64,000 nt of DNA from Antedon mediterranea. Taxonomy: Eukaryota > Animalia > Echinodermata. A program made the translations under genes and the position numbers. Within the stretch, counting starts at the first letter, position 1, and each line of letters starts with the position of its first letter. Location: the NCBI RefSeq assembly GCF_964355755.1, contig NC_092675.1:22478912-22542911 (forward strand). Direction: 5' to 3'. The notes beneath the pieces were generated by a model. The model worked only from the letters and a program-made list of their open reading frames with translations, did not search any database and was not told where the DNA came from. Shown in pieces: positions 13,920 to 28,469 of the stretch.

Positions 13920-16900
13920 ATGAACGCTGGTAATGCAGACTTCGACGAGAATTTCAATAGAAGGAAACAGCGCCGCAACCGGACAACGTTTACAATGCAA
14001 CAGGTACGTATTTCATCTGGTCAGAGATGTTACACACTACAAACGTCTGCGTATTCTCGATACGATAAACATTTTACAATTTTGCGTAGTTGTGAAAATA
14101 ATAAAGACTTTTTTGATAAGGCGACGCAGCTCTCGAGTAGAAAAGTCATTTCTACTCAAGTTTAGAAACATACTGAACATGCGCAGAATGAAAGTTAGAC
14201 CCTCCACAACGCGTATTTGCGAAACTATGTTACTGTTATTTCCTCATTTAATCACGAGTTAACACATTTTAACGCGGGAGTTCAAACTCTGATTATTGCC
14301 ACTACTTTTGTACGCCCGCGCCAACATGATACCTGTTTCTTCTAAAGCTCTATCTACACTATCAAACTAGTTTGACCAAAACAGTTTGATGGTATGGTAG
14401 TGATATTCTCAAATATGGTAGTGATATTCTCAAATATGGTAGTGATATGACAGCGTCATGTTTTTCACATCACATGTTTTTGTCACATAATGTTTGATAG
14501 TGTAGACAAGGCTTATAGGTTGAAATATCACTAATTCTAATTCACTACAGTAGTACTACATTGCATACTTTGTCATGGTATATCTATAGGTTCAAATTTC
14601 TTATTCTTCTTTGAAAGTTTATATCTTCATTCAAGAAGTGTGCCACAGTTGATTGTAGATTTGTAGAAACTGTAGGCCTAGATTCCAAATAAATTATTAT
14701 TATTATTATTATAATTATTGTTAGAAGGCTATAGTATAAATATGGCAATGACAAGACAAGAATGGCGTTGGTATAACAACGATCATAATTAAAATTGTAA
14801 TTAATTGTTTTGCTTAATTTTTCATGATAATAACATAATTTTTCTGTTTTCGTTTATAGGTTTACTTTTTAATTACCTCCCTTTCAGATATCATCACTTG
14901 TCGTTATCTTACTGAGGCTGTAAAGAAAGAACTTCTAATTATTATTTTCTAATTAAAACATGAAAATGAAATCATAAAGTAATTAATTTATGATTTATTA
15001 TGTAGCTTGAAGAGTTGGAGAATGCTTTTACTAAGACCCACTACCCTGATGTGTTCACACGTGAGGATCTTGCCATGAGAATAAACCTTACAGAAGCTAG
15101 AGTACAGGTATAATTGTTGTTTCATTGTTAATTATCAAAAATTATCAAACTTTATGTGACAAAACAAAATGTGATTTTCCCATATATGGATATGATGATG
15201 TCATATAACTACTATATGCATATCACTACCATATTTGGGCACATTTTTTTGTGAAACTAGTTTGATAGTGTATATAGAGCATTACAGTGGTTTTCGATTC
15301 AGTGTTGGATTCAGCTAATGAAATTCATAAAAATCATAGGGCTATACAACGTACACAATTTTTTCATAGAGAATTCGTTCCTGAAACCCACGACAAAATA
15401 CGAACTTTGACGAACCCATTCGAAGCGATGATAAAATGTCACAACTTGTGTTATGAATGTCCCTTCATAAAAGGTAAACGACGAATAGCATGTTACAAGC
15501 TAATACCCAGTGTATACTAAAACTAGATACAATGCTAAAACTAAATCATGCTAGAACTAGATACAAAAACTAGATACATTCTTATGCTAAAACTAGCATA
15601 TTATTTTAAACTAGATACAATGCTAAAACTAGATACATTTATGCTAAAACTAGATACATTTACGCTAGAACTAAAATTAGGTTACTGCCTCAATAGAAAT
15701 GTATTTAAATTTAAATGATAAGCTACCGTAATAAACCTAAGATGCTACAACTTAGATACATACGATTATGCTAAAACTAAGATATGCCTACATGCTAACA
15801 CTATAGATAAATGCTCAACTAGATATATACATGCTACAACTAGATATATACATGCAACAGCTATATATAATAAATGCTACAGCTAGACATGCTACAGCTA
15901 GACATGCTACAACTAGATATAAACATGTTACAACTAACTAACTAACATGTTACGACTAGACATGCTACAACTAAGTAATATACATGCTACAACTAGATAA
16001 TATACATGCTAAAACTAGACATGCTACAACTAGATATATTATTATCAACTGGATACGTTCATCATGTCCACCAGTAAGGACAGCACACTCGCAACGTGGT
16101 TTCTATCTAGAGAATAGTAGAAGTTCACCAAACTAATTAACGAATACCAACTGTTAATCAAAATTGATATGAGCAACGATTAAAAAAACACCCTAACAAC
16201 AGAAAATGAATTTGAATGATTATAGCCTACATTACTTATACCCAAGAGTGTTTATAGGACTTCCCACGCTGGACTTGAGAGTGACTAGGTATTTTTTTAC
16301 TATCTTATTTTGACGTGATTTATATACTGTACATCCTTTTGTTTAGCGTTTTAGGTAGTTTGTTTTTAACATGCATTAAATCAATAAGAAATGATGGATT
16401 TACATCTCTGTAGACTATTACTAATGACAACAACTAAATCAGCCTGAAAATATTTGGACAGAAGGCACCACGACACGATGTTGCTAATTAACGCTATTTC
16501 ATAATATGATTAATTACTTCATTATTTCAATAACTTTCCCATTATCATCTTCACTACCGTAACGACATCAAACACTTTTATTTTCGCTATCTATCATCAT
16601 AAACCTAACGATCTATGGTGCGCCATTAATGACGATTGCTTTTATTATTATTATTAGTCCATTAATTTTCACAACTTCAATTGAGGTTACAAGTTCAGGA
16701 TGGAAGTTCGTATGCGCACGAACATTAAGGGGACAAAATGCCACTTTTAACTCACATAAAATAAATTAAATTTTGGGAAACAATAAGGCCATCTCAGCGA
16801 AAATGTGGAAAAAAAATAATATGTGATGAATATAAAAAAATTGATTGATTGATTGATTAAATTACGTATGATAATTGTTCGTAATAATTATTGTTAGATA

Positions 16901-19900
16901 CAATCACAAGACACGCGCTCTGTATGGTTTTCATCAGTCAGCGGGCGTCGGAATGTTTGTATTTTGTGTTTACTTTCGGAGTAAATTTATAATAATTTCC
17001 CGCAGCCCTCAAAATAGTGTCGCTCGATATTAATTCCTTCATTTATAAAACATGGTGTCCATAGAAATTATTAGTAGGCCTACAGTCAATTTTCCCAATG
17101 TCGGACATCATTGGCCTAATATTTGGTTTTCCATATGCTGATATTTTTTGAATTTGTTTTTATGGTGAAAGGTCTTTGGACATCTACAGAAAAAAATATT
17201 GTGTTTGGGTGTAGGGAGTACATGAGTACATTGCAAATATGTTTATTTTAGCACTGTTTTCAACTATATTAAAAATATCCATAGAAAATTAACGATGTCG
17301 TTTGAATAACATTGATTTTACAACCATTTAAAAAATAAGCTTAAAACACTTACTCGGACGTTTCAATCGCTATTAAAGTTAATTTGAATTTAAATCAAAT
17401 TAACGGCCACTTTCCCAATTGTATAAGTAAATTGAGGTTAATTGAGCATTTCTTACTAGGCTTAATTTGTCAATTAGTGTTTGTACGTTTGTTGTTTATT
17501 GCTTTAATTATTTAATTTATTTAATTATTAAGAGTTATTTAATTAAAATGGCCTTTACAGCATTGATAAAAAAACTTGTTTGTTTGGTTTTCCTTAAAGA
17601 TGCACACTGTAGGGCCTACATTCAACCTGTTACCACATTTCAGTGTTGAATTCTTCACTTTTTTTTAAACAGAAAAGATGCGGTACCTTCTAAATCTGGT
17701 GGTAAAAAAGAAGCATATTTTATGAATAATTAAAAAGTGTCAACTTTAAAAAAAAACAGGTCGAAACTAAGTTTTGGTTGATATAAAAGTTAAAGTATAC
17801 AGTAGCTATCAAAGAATTGGAAAAGAGGAGGACAATAGGTAACAAAATGTCGTCCCTTCCCACCATCATCCCCATCCTTAAATGATTCCCATAGGCTTAC
17901 AATTTTAGTATGATAATTCGTGTTTGATCTAACGACTAAAACGGTGATTGAAAGTGGATGAATAATAATTAGCAATGAATTTCAATTGAGACAAAAATAC
18001 AGATGTCAATTTGTCAATTGGCATCATTACAGGTATAACAATTGTTTAAATTTCTATTGTTTATTATAAAATATAAACATTTTCAACAAAATTGATAATA
18101 AATCCCCTTGTTTTCCGACAGCGGTGGAGCAGAACAAACGATGATTCCACTACCCCCCACCCCCCTTTTTTTAAAGTCTAAGAGAGGAAATTCACAAACA
18201 CTGACTATCATATAAATTTATTTATTATATACGTCAATCAATTTGAACAAATTTTACTAGTGAGACAAAAGAATGTGATGTGCCAATAATTATTTGGGAA
18301 TATCACCACCATATTTGGGTACATCACACTTTTTTTTGTCAAACTAGTTTGATAGTGTAGACAGAGCTTAAGGAAATATTATTTTTATTAAAATACCGCC
18401 GATTAACGATTGTAAGTCACGGACGATTCAGTATATTTTCGTTTCATAACAAATATATCGATTAAAACTATTTGTCCAGTGACTGGCAAAATTGAACTCG
18501 TCTTGCGTAAATTAAAACATGTTAACCCTATCCTTCCGAGTATGTAATCTCATTTTAACACTACAAACGTCTTCGTCACTTGAAAATTATAATTTTGTTA
18601 TCCGTCTGATCCAGTGCAATGCAGTATTTATGTTATTTCTCTTACACTTACACAAATTACATTAACTAATTTTCCTTACACAAACTCCGCTAAAGCTAGC
18701 GCCGAATGATAGATTAAATAACCGTACAAAATAATTGCGGAAATTCGATTAATTGTACAATTAGATGATTCCTATTAAAATAAGATTCAGGGTCCTACTA
18801 ACCAATGATAAAATGACAAATCTATTATCAACAGCAATTTGATTGAGAGAAATTTTAGTCACAAAATTGTATAAATAAATTAAGTTGTAATTCGATTACT
18901 TAATTAGTTTTACATTCGTATGTTGTTTTTAACGATAGCATTCATGTCGAAAATCCCACACAATGAATGCATTGCCATAATTACATAATTGTCTTCGTAT
19001 ACATTAAGACACACCCTAAATGATAATCGGAAATGTCGTCATTAAAAATTGTACAGCAGAAACATACAGTCAACGCTCGCGTATAAATACATCATCGCAT
19101 AAACACGCGTAGATGTGTGACATATTTTATGTACGTCATCATTATTAGTATGCGTACCGTTTCTTAATTCAAATATTGTCCTCCTTACAAAAATGGTCAA
19201 TTTACAAACAGACCAAAGTTGTATAATGTAACTAATAATATATCGGTGGATGAAATTGATTTCAATAATTAGTTGAAACATCGGAATGAAAATATAAATT
19301 GAATAATAGTGTACGCACTTACTAAAATGTAATTTCGTATGAATCTTTTGTTTGTATGTCACTCTTTTCTGTATTAGTTTTGTTTGGCCATGGATTGCTT
19401 ATAACTTAATTTCACGCACATCTAATTGATAATTATCGTATATATTACTTTGTGTGTACGGTCTAGTTATTCAGGAAAGTGACAATAGTCATCATGTTGT
19501 TACACCCCGCAAAAGAAATAAAATTACAGTGTCATCTCAGCAAGAACATTTAAATCGTCATCATATCATCGCTTTCGTCATAAATTACCGTTAACACCAA
19601 ATTTTCCACCTTCCTCATTGTCATCAATACCTTCGTCATAATTTCATCCCGTGTCTAACACAGTTGTCACCGCCGAAATACTCATTGTCACCAACATTAC
19701 ACTCATGCTGACTGCCACCGTCGCGATGGTCGTCATCACAAACCGTACTTGCCAATTGCCACCGACGACGGCATCACACTAATGCTGATTTCCACCGTCG
19801 TCATCACAAATCATATATGGCAATTGTCATAACCTTCGCCCTAATCACACTTATGCTTATTGCCACCATCGTCATCACAAACCATATATGGCAATTGTCA

Positions 19901-22900
19901 CCTTTGCCCTCATCACACGTATGCTTATTGCCACCATCGTCATCACAAACCATATATGGCAATTGTTACTTTTGCCCTCATCACACTTATGCTTATTGCC
20001 ACCGTCGTCATCACAAACCCTATATGGCAATTGTCACCTTTGTCCTCATCACACGTATGCTTATTGCCACCATCGTCATCACAAACCATATATGGCAATT
20101 GTCACCTTTGCCCTCAACACACGTATGATTATTGCCACAATCTTCATCACAAACCAAAAATGGCAATTGTCACCTTTGCCCTCATCACACGTATGCTTAT
20201 TGCCACCATCGTCATCACAAACCATATATGGCAATTGTCACCTTTGCCCTCATCACACGTATGCTTATTGCCACAATCTTCATCACAAACCAAAAATGGC
20301 AATTGTCACCTTTGCCCTCAACACACGTATGATTATTGCCGCAATCTTCATCACAAACCAAAAATGGCAATTGTCACCTTTGCCCTCATCACACTTATGC
20401 TTATTGCCACCGTCGTCATCACAAACCAGTATGCATGTGACAAAATGATTGCCGAGGTTATGGTCATCACATTCAAAGCGATTGCCACCGTCGTCTCACA
20501 AATGATACATGACAATTGACGTCATCCCCATTCATGATACTGATTGTCACCGTCGTCATTGTCACATATCAGACAGTTTTCACCGTCGTCATTACATTCA
20601 TCATTATTATTTTTGTCAATCAATGTTGTCATAATTTCCTTCATTTTTATAATCAGTAGCAGTATCTCGCTAGTAAACTTCCATTTGCGTCATAATCATT
20701 TTTTTTTAAATGCTACATTATTAATAATAAGTATCTCATCTCTAATCAATATCTTCAAAAGGTTAGATCTCATTACTTATATTTTATTTATTTATACAAA
20801 TTTTGCATTATAAAACATTAAAGCAGTTTCCATTTCAATTCTTACGTAATAACGAACTATAATATCAATAAACATATGTATTTATAAATAGAGTAAGCAA
20901 TTAAGAGATATTATGTTTATTTCGGTTTAATCAATTTGTTGAAAGTTATATTGCATTTAAATTAAATTAAATATGTAATTTTATTCTTCCCTTCTTCGTT
21001 TTTTCTTCTAAATATTACATTATTTGAATGTTTTTCATGTTAATTCACTATAATTAAAGCAGGAACAAAACCATAATTAAATTATATGTATAATCATGTA
21101 CAACTGTGTAAATTTGAAATAATAAAACCAAGACACGTGTGTAATTTCTTACAATTTGTCTAAAACATTAAAAACAAAATTAAACTATTAACAAACAATT
21201 ATGGCGTAAAATTCGTCAAGGACTGATTTAAAATATTGATATGGATTTTTCTGCGCGCTCGTGTTTTATGTAAAAGACAATGATAGGTGAGCATTTCTCT
21301 ATGCCTAATATTGGCATCCAATTTCCAAACGGACGAGCGATTTTCGCTGTGTAAATACAGATTCTACGTAGGCCAAGCTACGCGGGTTTCCGCTTAACGT
21401 CGGCTCGCCTGTGTAAATTGACTTTTAAGGTGACTCTCGCGCGTACAAAAGCCGTTGAATTATCTGAGAACATATGCATTATACGGTTATTATTTTATTG
21501 TTGTTTTAGGCCTATGTCAACATAATTATTTTAAAAAAAAGTTTCATGCATTGTTTTTTAATTATGGTTCATATAATTGTGTTATTACTTTTGTTTTATC
21601 ATACAGACGTAATAGGAATATTAAAGTTATCACGAACAGTGTAAACAAAACCTATAAAATATAGTTCTCCGAGCAACGATTGCAATTTATTTGGAAACCG
21701 CATCGTGTTGTGACAGGTGTAAATAGCGAACAACAGAACATAATGATGTGTAATTTGTACTATATGATAATGTGACAAACGGTCGGTACTGCTGAACACA
21801 ACAATAGAACCGCCAGTTAACTTTCAACTAATTAAAGATAATGAACCGGCGAATAAAAGTAAACCATAAAAATAAGTTCAGACTTAATTTAAGATAAGTA
21901 GAATGAAATAATGATATCAAAATTCAATAATAAAAACAAAATACCAAACGGCGGCAGGTGAATAATTAAATACAATAATTATACAAAAAAAAAGTATCTT
22001 TGTGATTATGATAATTAAATGTATTTTTAATAGTAGTCTCTACTAAAATATCATTAAGTAAAGTTAAAAGTATAATCAACGAAACAGCTTTTATATCCAT
22101 TACAAAATAAATAAAAGTCTATGTATCACCAATGTTTTTTCTAAAACTGTTGTCTCATAAAACAGTTCGATATTGGAACTTTGAAAATAATTCTTTTTAT
22201 TATATAGCCCATAAAATTATGTATTTTGTTAAGTCAACTTTTACATTTTACATCCAGACGGACGCATCATAATATGATGAGTGCAACGCCTAATAGGAAT
22301 GAGGCTTTGGAAACTAACTAAATACGATAAAAGTTACGTAAAATTTAAAAGATACAAAGTTTTAATAACATTTACCCTGTGTTAATATACAAACAAAGTA
22401 GGCCTACTACTTTATTGAGTAAAATAATAATAATAATCTATTTTAGTGGTAGGTAAAATAGTAGTACATATTAAAGTTCAATGATTTCTTTAAAACCCGG
22501 TGTGATAGAAGTGAATATTCAGTTTGAGAATCTGTAGAAGCATAAGGTGAAATTATTTTAAACTGCATCATCTGATCCCGTACCACATTCTCTTTTTATT
22601 TTCCAAATCGGCAACCTTCAAAGGCCAATCAGAATGTCCTAATTTTACTAACTGAAACGCTCACAAATTACTATATTACGAATCATATCATATCCACGAT
22701 GTTTTAATAAGACATTTCGACAATTTTACATCGCCGTGGGCATGATCTCAATAGTTTCGACCTACTTCCAATAATAGTATTTTCATTTATTATATCTAGC
22801 CTTGTCAAAGTAACTCGATCTTTCTCCAAATAAATGATGGAATTAGAATTGCCGATCATAAATACTGTACCTAATTGACAAAGTAGTTGATTTCTACGCA

Positions 22901-25900
22901 CTTGTCTTTTTGTCCGTCTGTGCGTTTCATCGGTCTTGATGTTGATAGACATATCAATACCAATTCTGAATGAACATTTCAATCAAATCTATAAACACAA
23001 ATTATACAGATATCACAGGAAGTAGTACGAAAAACAATTATGTAGGGTAGTGAAACTGAACTGAGTACATATATCTATGAACACTTCGATACGAGTTCAT
23101 TGCCAAGACTCCCTATTGTTGGTTTAAATTCTATTTACATTGTCTTTTCCTATCTTGATTTAGACTTGTATGTCTCTCACGGGAGATGTAAACTTTATCA
23201 ATCTTTCTCGTCCCTCCATAACAGAATTTAATTTCCGTTGCAAATAGTTCTGGCCCAGTTAGGACATCGTCACATGTCACGGACATATATTTATTAAATA
23301 AAACCATTGAATGTCATACTTGACCCGTAAGGAGTCTGGTATGATTGTTGTCATGAACAAAAGAATTGAAATTTGTTGGTGATGAGCTATGCTTAATGTG
23401 ATTATGACATCATCTTTTTATTTAAAATATTCAATATTTTCTTAATTATATACCTTTACCTGTCAAACCTCCAAAAGGTTTTTGCTTTTTATTTGCTTAT
23501 AAAAATGATGGTCTACTACACACACAAAACACAGTCGGGTGTCACGAAAACTAAGACCCCCTAAGACCCAAGATCACGAAAGCTAAGACCCAAGACCTAA
23601 GATTACAAGTATTTATCTTTCGCACCTGCCTTGTATTTTAACTCCCAACATTTATTCTGAATACCAAACCTTAGAATTGGCACTTTCATGAAAAAGAATC
23701 ACATAAAAAGTAACAAATACATTTTTAAATTGATGATTTTACAGACGTTTTTCTCGCACACAAAATGACTAGCCTACAGTACAGTAGGCCTACCCCATGT
23801 TCAATGTTTTTGTTTCTATGGAACGTCAAAAGAGCAAAAATTATATAGAGGGCTGAAAACTCTGTGGAGTCCATCTACAGTGTGGATGGAACAATGTAAA
23901 ATTAAAATTGTAATGATAATAGTATAATCATGCAAGTACGAGGAAATAAATACTGGCAAATAAATTTTAATTAAAAAATCATGATAAGTTTTTTTGTTTC
24001 GTTTTCTTTCTGTTTTTATACTTGTACTATTATTGTTGCTCTTTTGGCGCTCCATAGAAACAAAAACATTGAGCATGGGGAGCTCGAGGAGTTACATTAC
24101 AGTATACAAAGAAACACATCTGTAAAATCATAAATTTAAAGGATTTATTTATTTGTTATTATGTGTTTCTCCTTCTGAAAGTACTTATAAGTCCTAATTT
24201 TAAAGTGTGGTGTTCAGGATAAAGTTAGTCAACAAATTCGTAGTCAAAATACAAGAAAGGCAGGTGCGTAAGAAAAACATCCTCTGAACCAACACAATGG
24301 AGTAAATATATACAAACAAACACCCCGTCAAGTTTGTTTGTTGTAAAGAAAAAATATACATTTACTCAACGGGCGAAAATAATGTGAGTTTATCTATGTT
24401 TTGCGGTGGTATTAAATTATATTTATGGTAATAAATGAAACCTACTGTGTTTAAAATTATGTATGGATAAACAAGTATTGTTTTTAAGCTGTAGTATATC
24501 TTAGAATTTGTAATCTTAGGTCTTGGGTCTTAGCTTTCGTGATCTTAGGTCTTAATGGGTCTTAGCTTTCGTGGTCTTAGGTTTCGTGACACCCAAACAC
24601 AGTCGAGTCAGGTACACTTCTGGCCTTTCTGGGATGAAAAGGCCTATATACAAGTTAAATTCGCAGGCCTAATGGTTGTCTCATTTTCATTTGTTGCAGT
24701 ATTTTGAAAAAAAATAACCATAAGCAAAATGAGACACGTGACAATAACTGTTTCTTTTACTTACATTTTGTGATAAATTATACGTTTATTGTTTTTCTAT
24801 ATATATTTCTTTAGGTTTGGTTTCAGAATAGACGGGCAAAATGGCGAAAACATGAGCGAATAAAGCAAGAAAAGAAAGTGGACAGTGTTGATTCATCAAA
24901 TGAAACGGTACATGGTGGCGCTATATCATTAGTCCCTCAGACCGATTCTACACCAGTAAATAGTACTTTATGTGAGAAGGAAGAAATCAGAAGAGAGCAT
25001 TCAGACGATGATAGTCAAGTTCTTAGTAAAGATGGTATTGATAGGATGTCTTCTTACTTAAATCGACCAGTAATGTTAGGCGGACCAATACCATATGATA
25101 AGTAAGTGAGACTATACGACAACTTATTCAGTATAGATACTTCCCTGTATCAATCAATTCACCTACCCTTAATTAGTAGTTTTTCAGTTGCTTCAATAAA
25201 AATAGATTCCATCGATCGGCCAAGTCATGCATACAGATACAATGAAATTTTTATGTAATTCGTTGAATGGGGATTTTAAAAAAAAATGAAAAGTCGGCTG
25301 GTTTATTTAACGAAGTGGATTATGAGGTTTTCAACGAAATGAAATATTCCCTCTATTCAACGAATACAATTACAAACTATTAATTATTTTGATTTAAAGC
25401 ATACGTACTGTTCTTAAGTAAAAAACCATCAGTCAACAACCCTACCAAAAACCTTTACAAAATACTCACCTGAACGTTAATTATGATCAAATACGCCCAG
25501 GTGTCTGCGGCTTTTTGATTGGTTAATTGTGTATAACATTATAGGTTGATAAATAAAGCTGGTTGATACTACATTAGGCTGAAAACAGATTACAATCACT
25601 TGTGACACCTGATAATAGGTTGATGTCTAGACCGAAATTACTAAGCGAATGAGGATAAAACAGCGATTACGGTGTAATTTAATTTTATAAATTAATACTT
25701 GTTAAACGTAAGATTAGAAAGGATAACATTTATAGGCGGAACATGTACTTTTACCCTGAAACTTGAGTTTATGGTTAAATATGTTATCATGATAGTACGC
25801 GGATTTTGTCTACGTACGTTATCCTGAAATAGTGCGCGATACCAAATAAAAATGACGTTGACATGATAGTACCTGACATTTATGTACATAATCATTTTAG

Positions 25901-26689
25901 TTTCTACGCAACATTTATCAATATTTATTTATTTTGTTCATCTACAGAACTGGTTTTAGACCATTAAGTTGGTTAAATGGCCTTCATCCTCTCGTGGCTA
26001 CGCCTTATGCAACCCAGCTAATGACGTACGCAGCTAGAAAAGGTAAAAAGAATATCAACAAACATGTACATTGTCAAATGATGCGATTGATCACCACCGT
26101 AAACAAACTGAAACACCATCTTTAGGCCTATACATAGTAACAAACAAAAAGGCGTTTCTACCTTCTCTTTTCAAAATTATAAAAATGACTACAGTGGTTC
26201 TTTCATATTATTAAAACATCTGATTCACGACTGTCACTTTGCACCAATTCCTATCCTGTAGTTGAATGCGAACCCCCGAATTGGAACTTTAAGAGTTAAT
26301 TCCAATTTTCTTTAGATATAACTTATACTAACAATAAAAGATGTTAATACATTTAGACTTGTATTCAACTTACTTGCAATAGTCAGTGAGATAGTATCTA
26401 GTGACAGCTGAATAGTTAGGAGGTTAAAGTTAATTTTTAGAGAAATTGTTTTAAAAAGCGCCACCATAAAGAATAGTGTTATTTTTTTCCAGGACCCTAT
26501 CAGCATTTATTACAAAGGTATCCACAAGCACTATACTCTCCTTCATCAACGATGGTTATCACGAAAGAACATGAAAAAAGATCAACAAGTCTTGCTCTAC
26601 TTCGCATGAAAGCACGTCAACACTCTGAGGCAATAGTTAAATCTTCAGCGATACCTGGTTCACCTTCTGACACAGGTGACGCGTCATAG
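13920..26689 (+). CDS. Drgx: Dorsal root ganglia homeobox protein (Drgx/Prrxl1/DRG11), paired-class Q50 homeodomain plus C-terminal OAR motif; true 5' end uncertain
   Basis: Exons 13912(ATG 13920)-14003, 15006-15107, 24815-25101, 25948-26042, 26493-26689, all GT-AG and phase-compatible. Protein: [22 protein letters not shown]|[34 protein letters not shown]|[15 protein letters not shown] ... [22 protein letters not shown]. Both the [15 protein letters not shown] lead-in and the LRMKARxHSEA OAR variant match Drgx. Confidence 0.9.
14344..14514. mobile_element. MITE family A copy, in Drgx intron
   Basis: AAAGCTCTATCTACACTATCAAAC ... GTTTGATAGTGTAGACAAGGCTT. Confidence 0.8.
15142..15280. mobile_element. 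MITE family A copy, left end truncated
   Basis: Shared internal sequence (GATGTCATAT..CACTACCATATTTGGG) and right TIR GTTTGATAGTGTA. Confidence 0.7.
15515..16055. repeat. Degenerate minisatellite of ~16-22 bp units (ATGCTAAAACTAGATAC / ATGCTACAACTAGA)
   Basis: Motif repeated more than 20 times with variable spacers. Confidence 0.85.
18255..18369. mobile_element. MITE family A partial copy
   Basis: Right TIR AACTAGTTTGATAGTGTAGACAGAGCTT and shared internal sequence. Confidence 0.7.
19685..20595. repeat. 68-bp minisatellite (~9 good copies, decayed edges) built from two related ~34-bp halves
   Basis: Unit ATGGCAATTGTCACCTTTGCCCTCATCACACGTATGCTTATTGCCACCATCGTCATCACAAACCATAT; lies in the Drgx homeobox intron and explains ORFs 19817-20519. 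Confidence 0.95.
23537..24594. mobile_element. Non-autonomous foldback DNA transposon, Mutator-like, copy 1
   Basis: GGGTGTCACGAAA...TTTCGTGACACCC termini, CTAAGACC subterminal repeats, long imperfect internal inverted arms, perfect 10-bp TSD AAACACAGTC (23527-23536 and 24595-24604). Confidence 0.9.
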
Positions 26690-27741
26690 ACGGATTGAAG
26701 ACGTCCAGTTTTTTTTTAAATTGGTTTCTAATTAATGTTTGATTTTGAATTTCGAACAATTTCAAAGTTATAAACAAAAAAACCATTGCGAGTGTATGAA
26801 TAATACCAATCGACTAGATTGAATTGCATATACGGGAACATAAACAGTATACCAGTGAAAACGTAATCATATCGAAAATGTTGTTGGCTATAACTTAGGA
26901 AAGTGGAGAAACGGAAATAAAACTTTAAGAATCTGAGCACATGAATAAGAATAAGGTGAAGTGTATGAGACGCCAGCCGTGCAAAATGCGATCAATGTGT
27001 GACGCCACCAATCGTGCGATTTCTTCTCCCTTTTCTGAGTAAACAAAGGGCAAATGATATGTTTGTCTATTATGTATCTATCGGTTTGTACAGCCGTCTA
27101 TTATTGCATACGAAATCGAATTGAAATTAGGAAAATAAAATACAAGAAAGGCCAACACATTGCCAAAAGTCAACAAGCACGTATAGAATGGTACAGTTAA
27201 GTTATGGATGCTATATTCAATTAAACAAATATAACACTGTTTATTTATATGAAATATGTATGAAATAGTCTGTTGATAGATGAGATAATAATACAAATAG
27301 TGGATGTCTATTATGTAATATTGTTTGTACATAAGTTACTTTATTGTAATAATACCAAGAGCCAGTTGCCTCTCTCCACCGCGCTGAATACTAACTAGTT
27401 GCACCATTATTTTATTTTTGTTGTATTTTATTCAATCGAAACCAACAGCGATAATTACCGCCACTAACAGGTTTGATACAAACAAAGCCAGGACTGTTTA
27501 AAGCACCTTGATTGGTGCTAACATTGATCAAGGGCTTCTCTCGTCCAGTGCCCACCTTGACCAGAGGTCTGTGGCAGATACTAGATGCAGGGGCTGACGA
27601 CATAAGAGTCAGCAGCAGTGCTGACTTCAAATGCCTAACGGGACCCCAGCTCCGTATGTTATATGTTATATTTATATGTTTCTAGAATGTTTACAGCGCA
27701 TTGATAACTTGCTTATATGCGTTATATAAATGCTTGAGTAT

Positions 27742-27882
27742 CACTAGGATGAAATCAAGGACGTAGCGCACAACGTAAGCAATTTTAAAAATCACTAGCG
27801 ACGGATTATCCTAACTGTCGCTTGTCATTGGTCAACTTGCTTGTGTTGTAATTACGTCTTTGCGTTGCGTCGTGGGAACCAA
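27742..27882. mobile_element. MITE family B copy, degraded left end
   Basis: CAAGGACGTA...TCGCTTGTCATTGGTCAA...GCGTTGCGTCGTGGGAACCAA. Confidence 0.65.
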
Positions 27883-28300
27883 ACTAAACTATTACCACAT
27901 GGGATACGCGCAAAGATTACCTTCAGGTATGTAATGGCATGCACTCGCGTGTCGCACGGGAATGGCACGCGTGATTGTTTTAACAGTATTGTACATTATT
28001 TGGAAAGCTGCGCTGTTGAAACTAGTTTGATGTTTGAAAGTCCAGCCAGCTGCAACAGCTGCTGCAAGTGCGCATTTTCTTATTAGTAATATGAGACTAA
28101 TTGCATACCAATCTGTTTTAGTTTTTACCACGTGTTGTTCACAACCTCATCTTATTTTTCGTGTATAACGAGAATAATAAAATTAACAGTAACATGTCCA
28201 CTTCTTGGAACTACATTTTTAAAAAGTGATAACATTTTAATAGTTTATTTTATTGACGATGTTACCGTCGTCGTATTGCGACCGAGTTTGTTCTTGATCT

Positions 28301-28469
28301 AAAACTCTGTCCACACTATCAAACTTTATTTGACAAAAAAATGTGATGTGCTCATATGTTGACATGATGATGTCATATCACTACTATATTTGGGTAGGCT
28401 ATATCACTACCATATTTGGGCAGATCACACTTTTCTTTCAAACTAGTTTGATAGTGTAGACAGAGCTTT
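28301..28469. mobile_element. MITE family A copy
   Basis: AAAACTCTGTCCACACTATCAAAC ... GTTTGATAGTGTAGACAGAGCTTT, TA on both flanks. Confidence 0.8.

Noticed and set aside
11604-16512. Paired-homeodomain P3 sites TAATnnnATTA around Drgx (11604, 12992, 16502) as autoregulatory elements
   Set aside because: Such sites are expected by chance every few kb at this AT content; conservation data would be needed
19817-20519. His/Cys-rich 103-219 aa ORFs
   Set aside because: Open in several frames only because of the 68-bp intronic minisatellite
13920-26689. Assignment to Alx, aristaless/Arx or Phox2
   Set aside because: The DFD..F.[15 protein letters not shown] lead-in, [13 protein letters not shown] and HSEA-type OAR fit Drgx better
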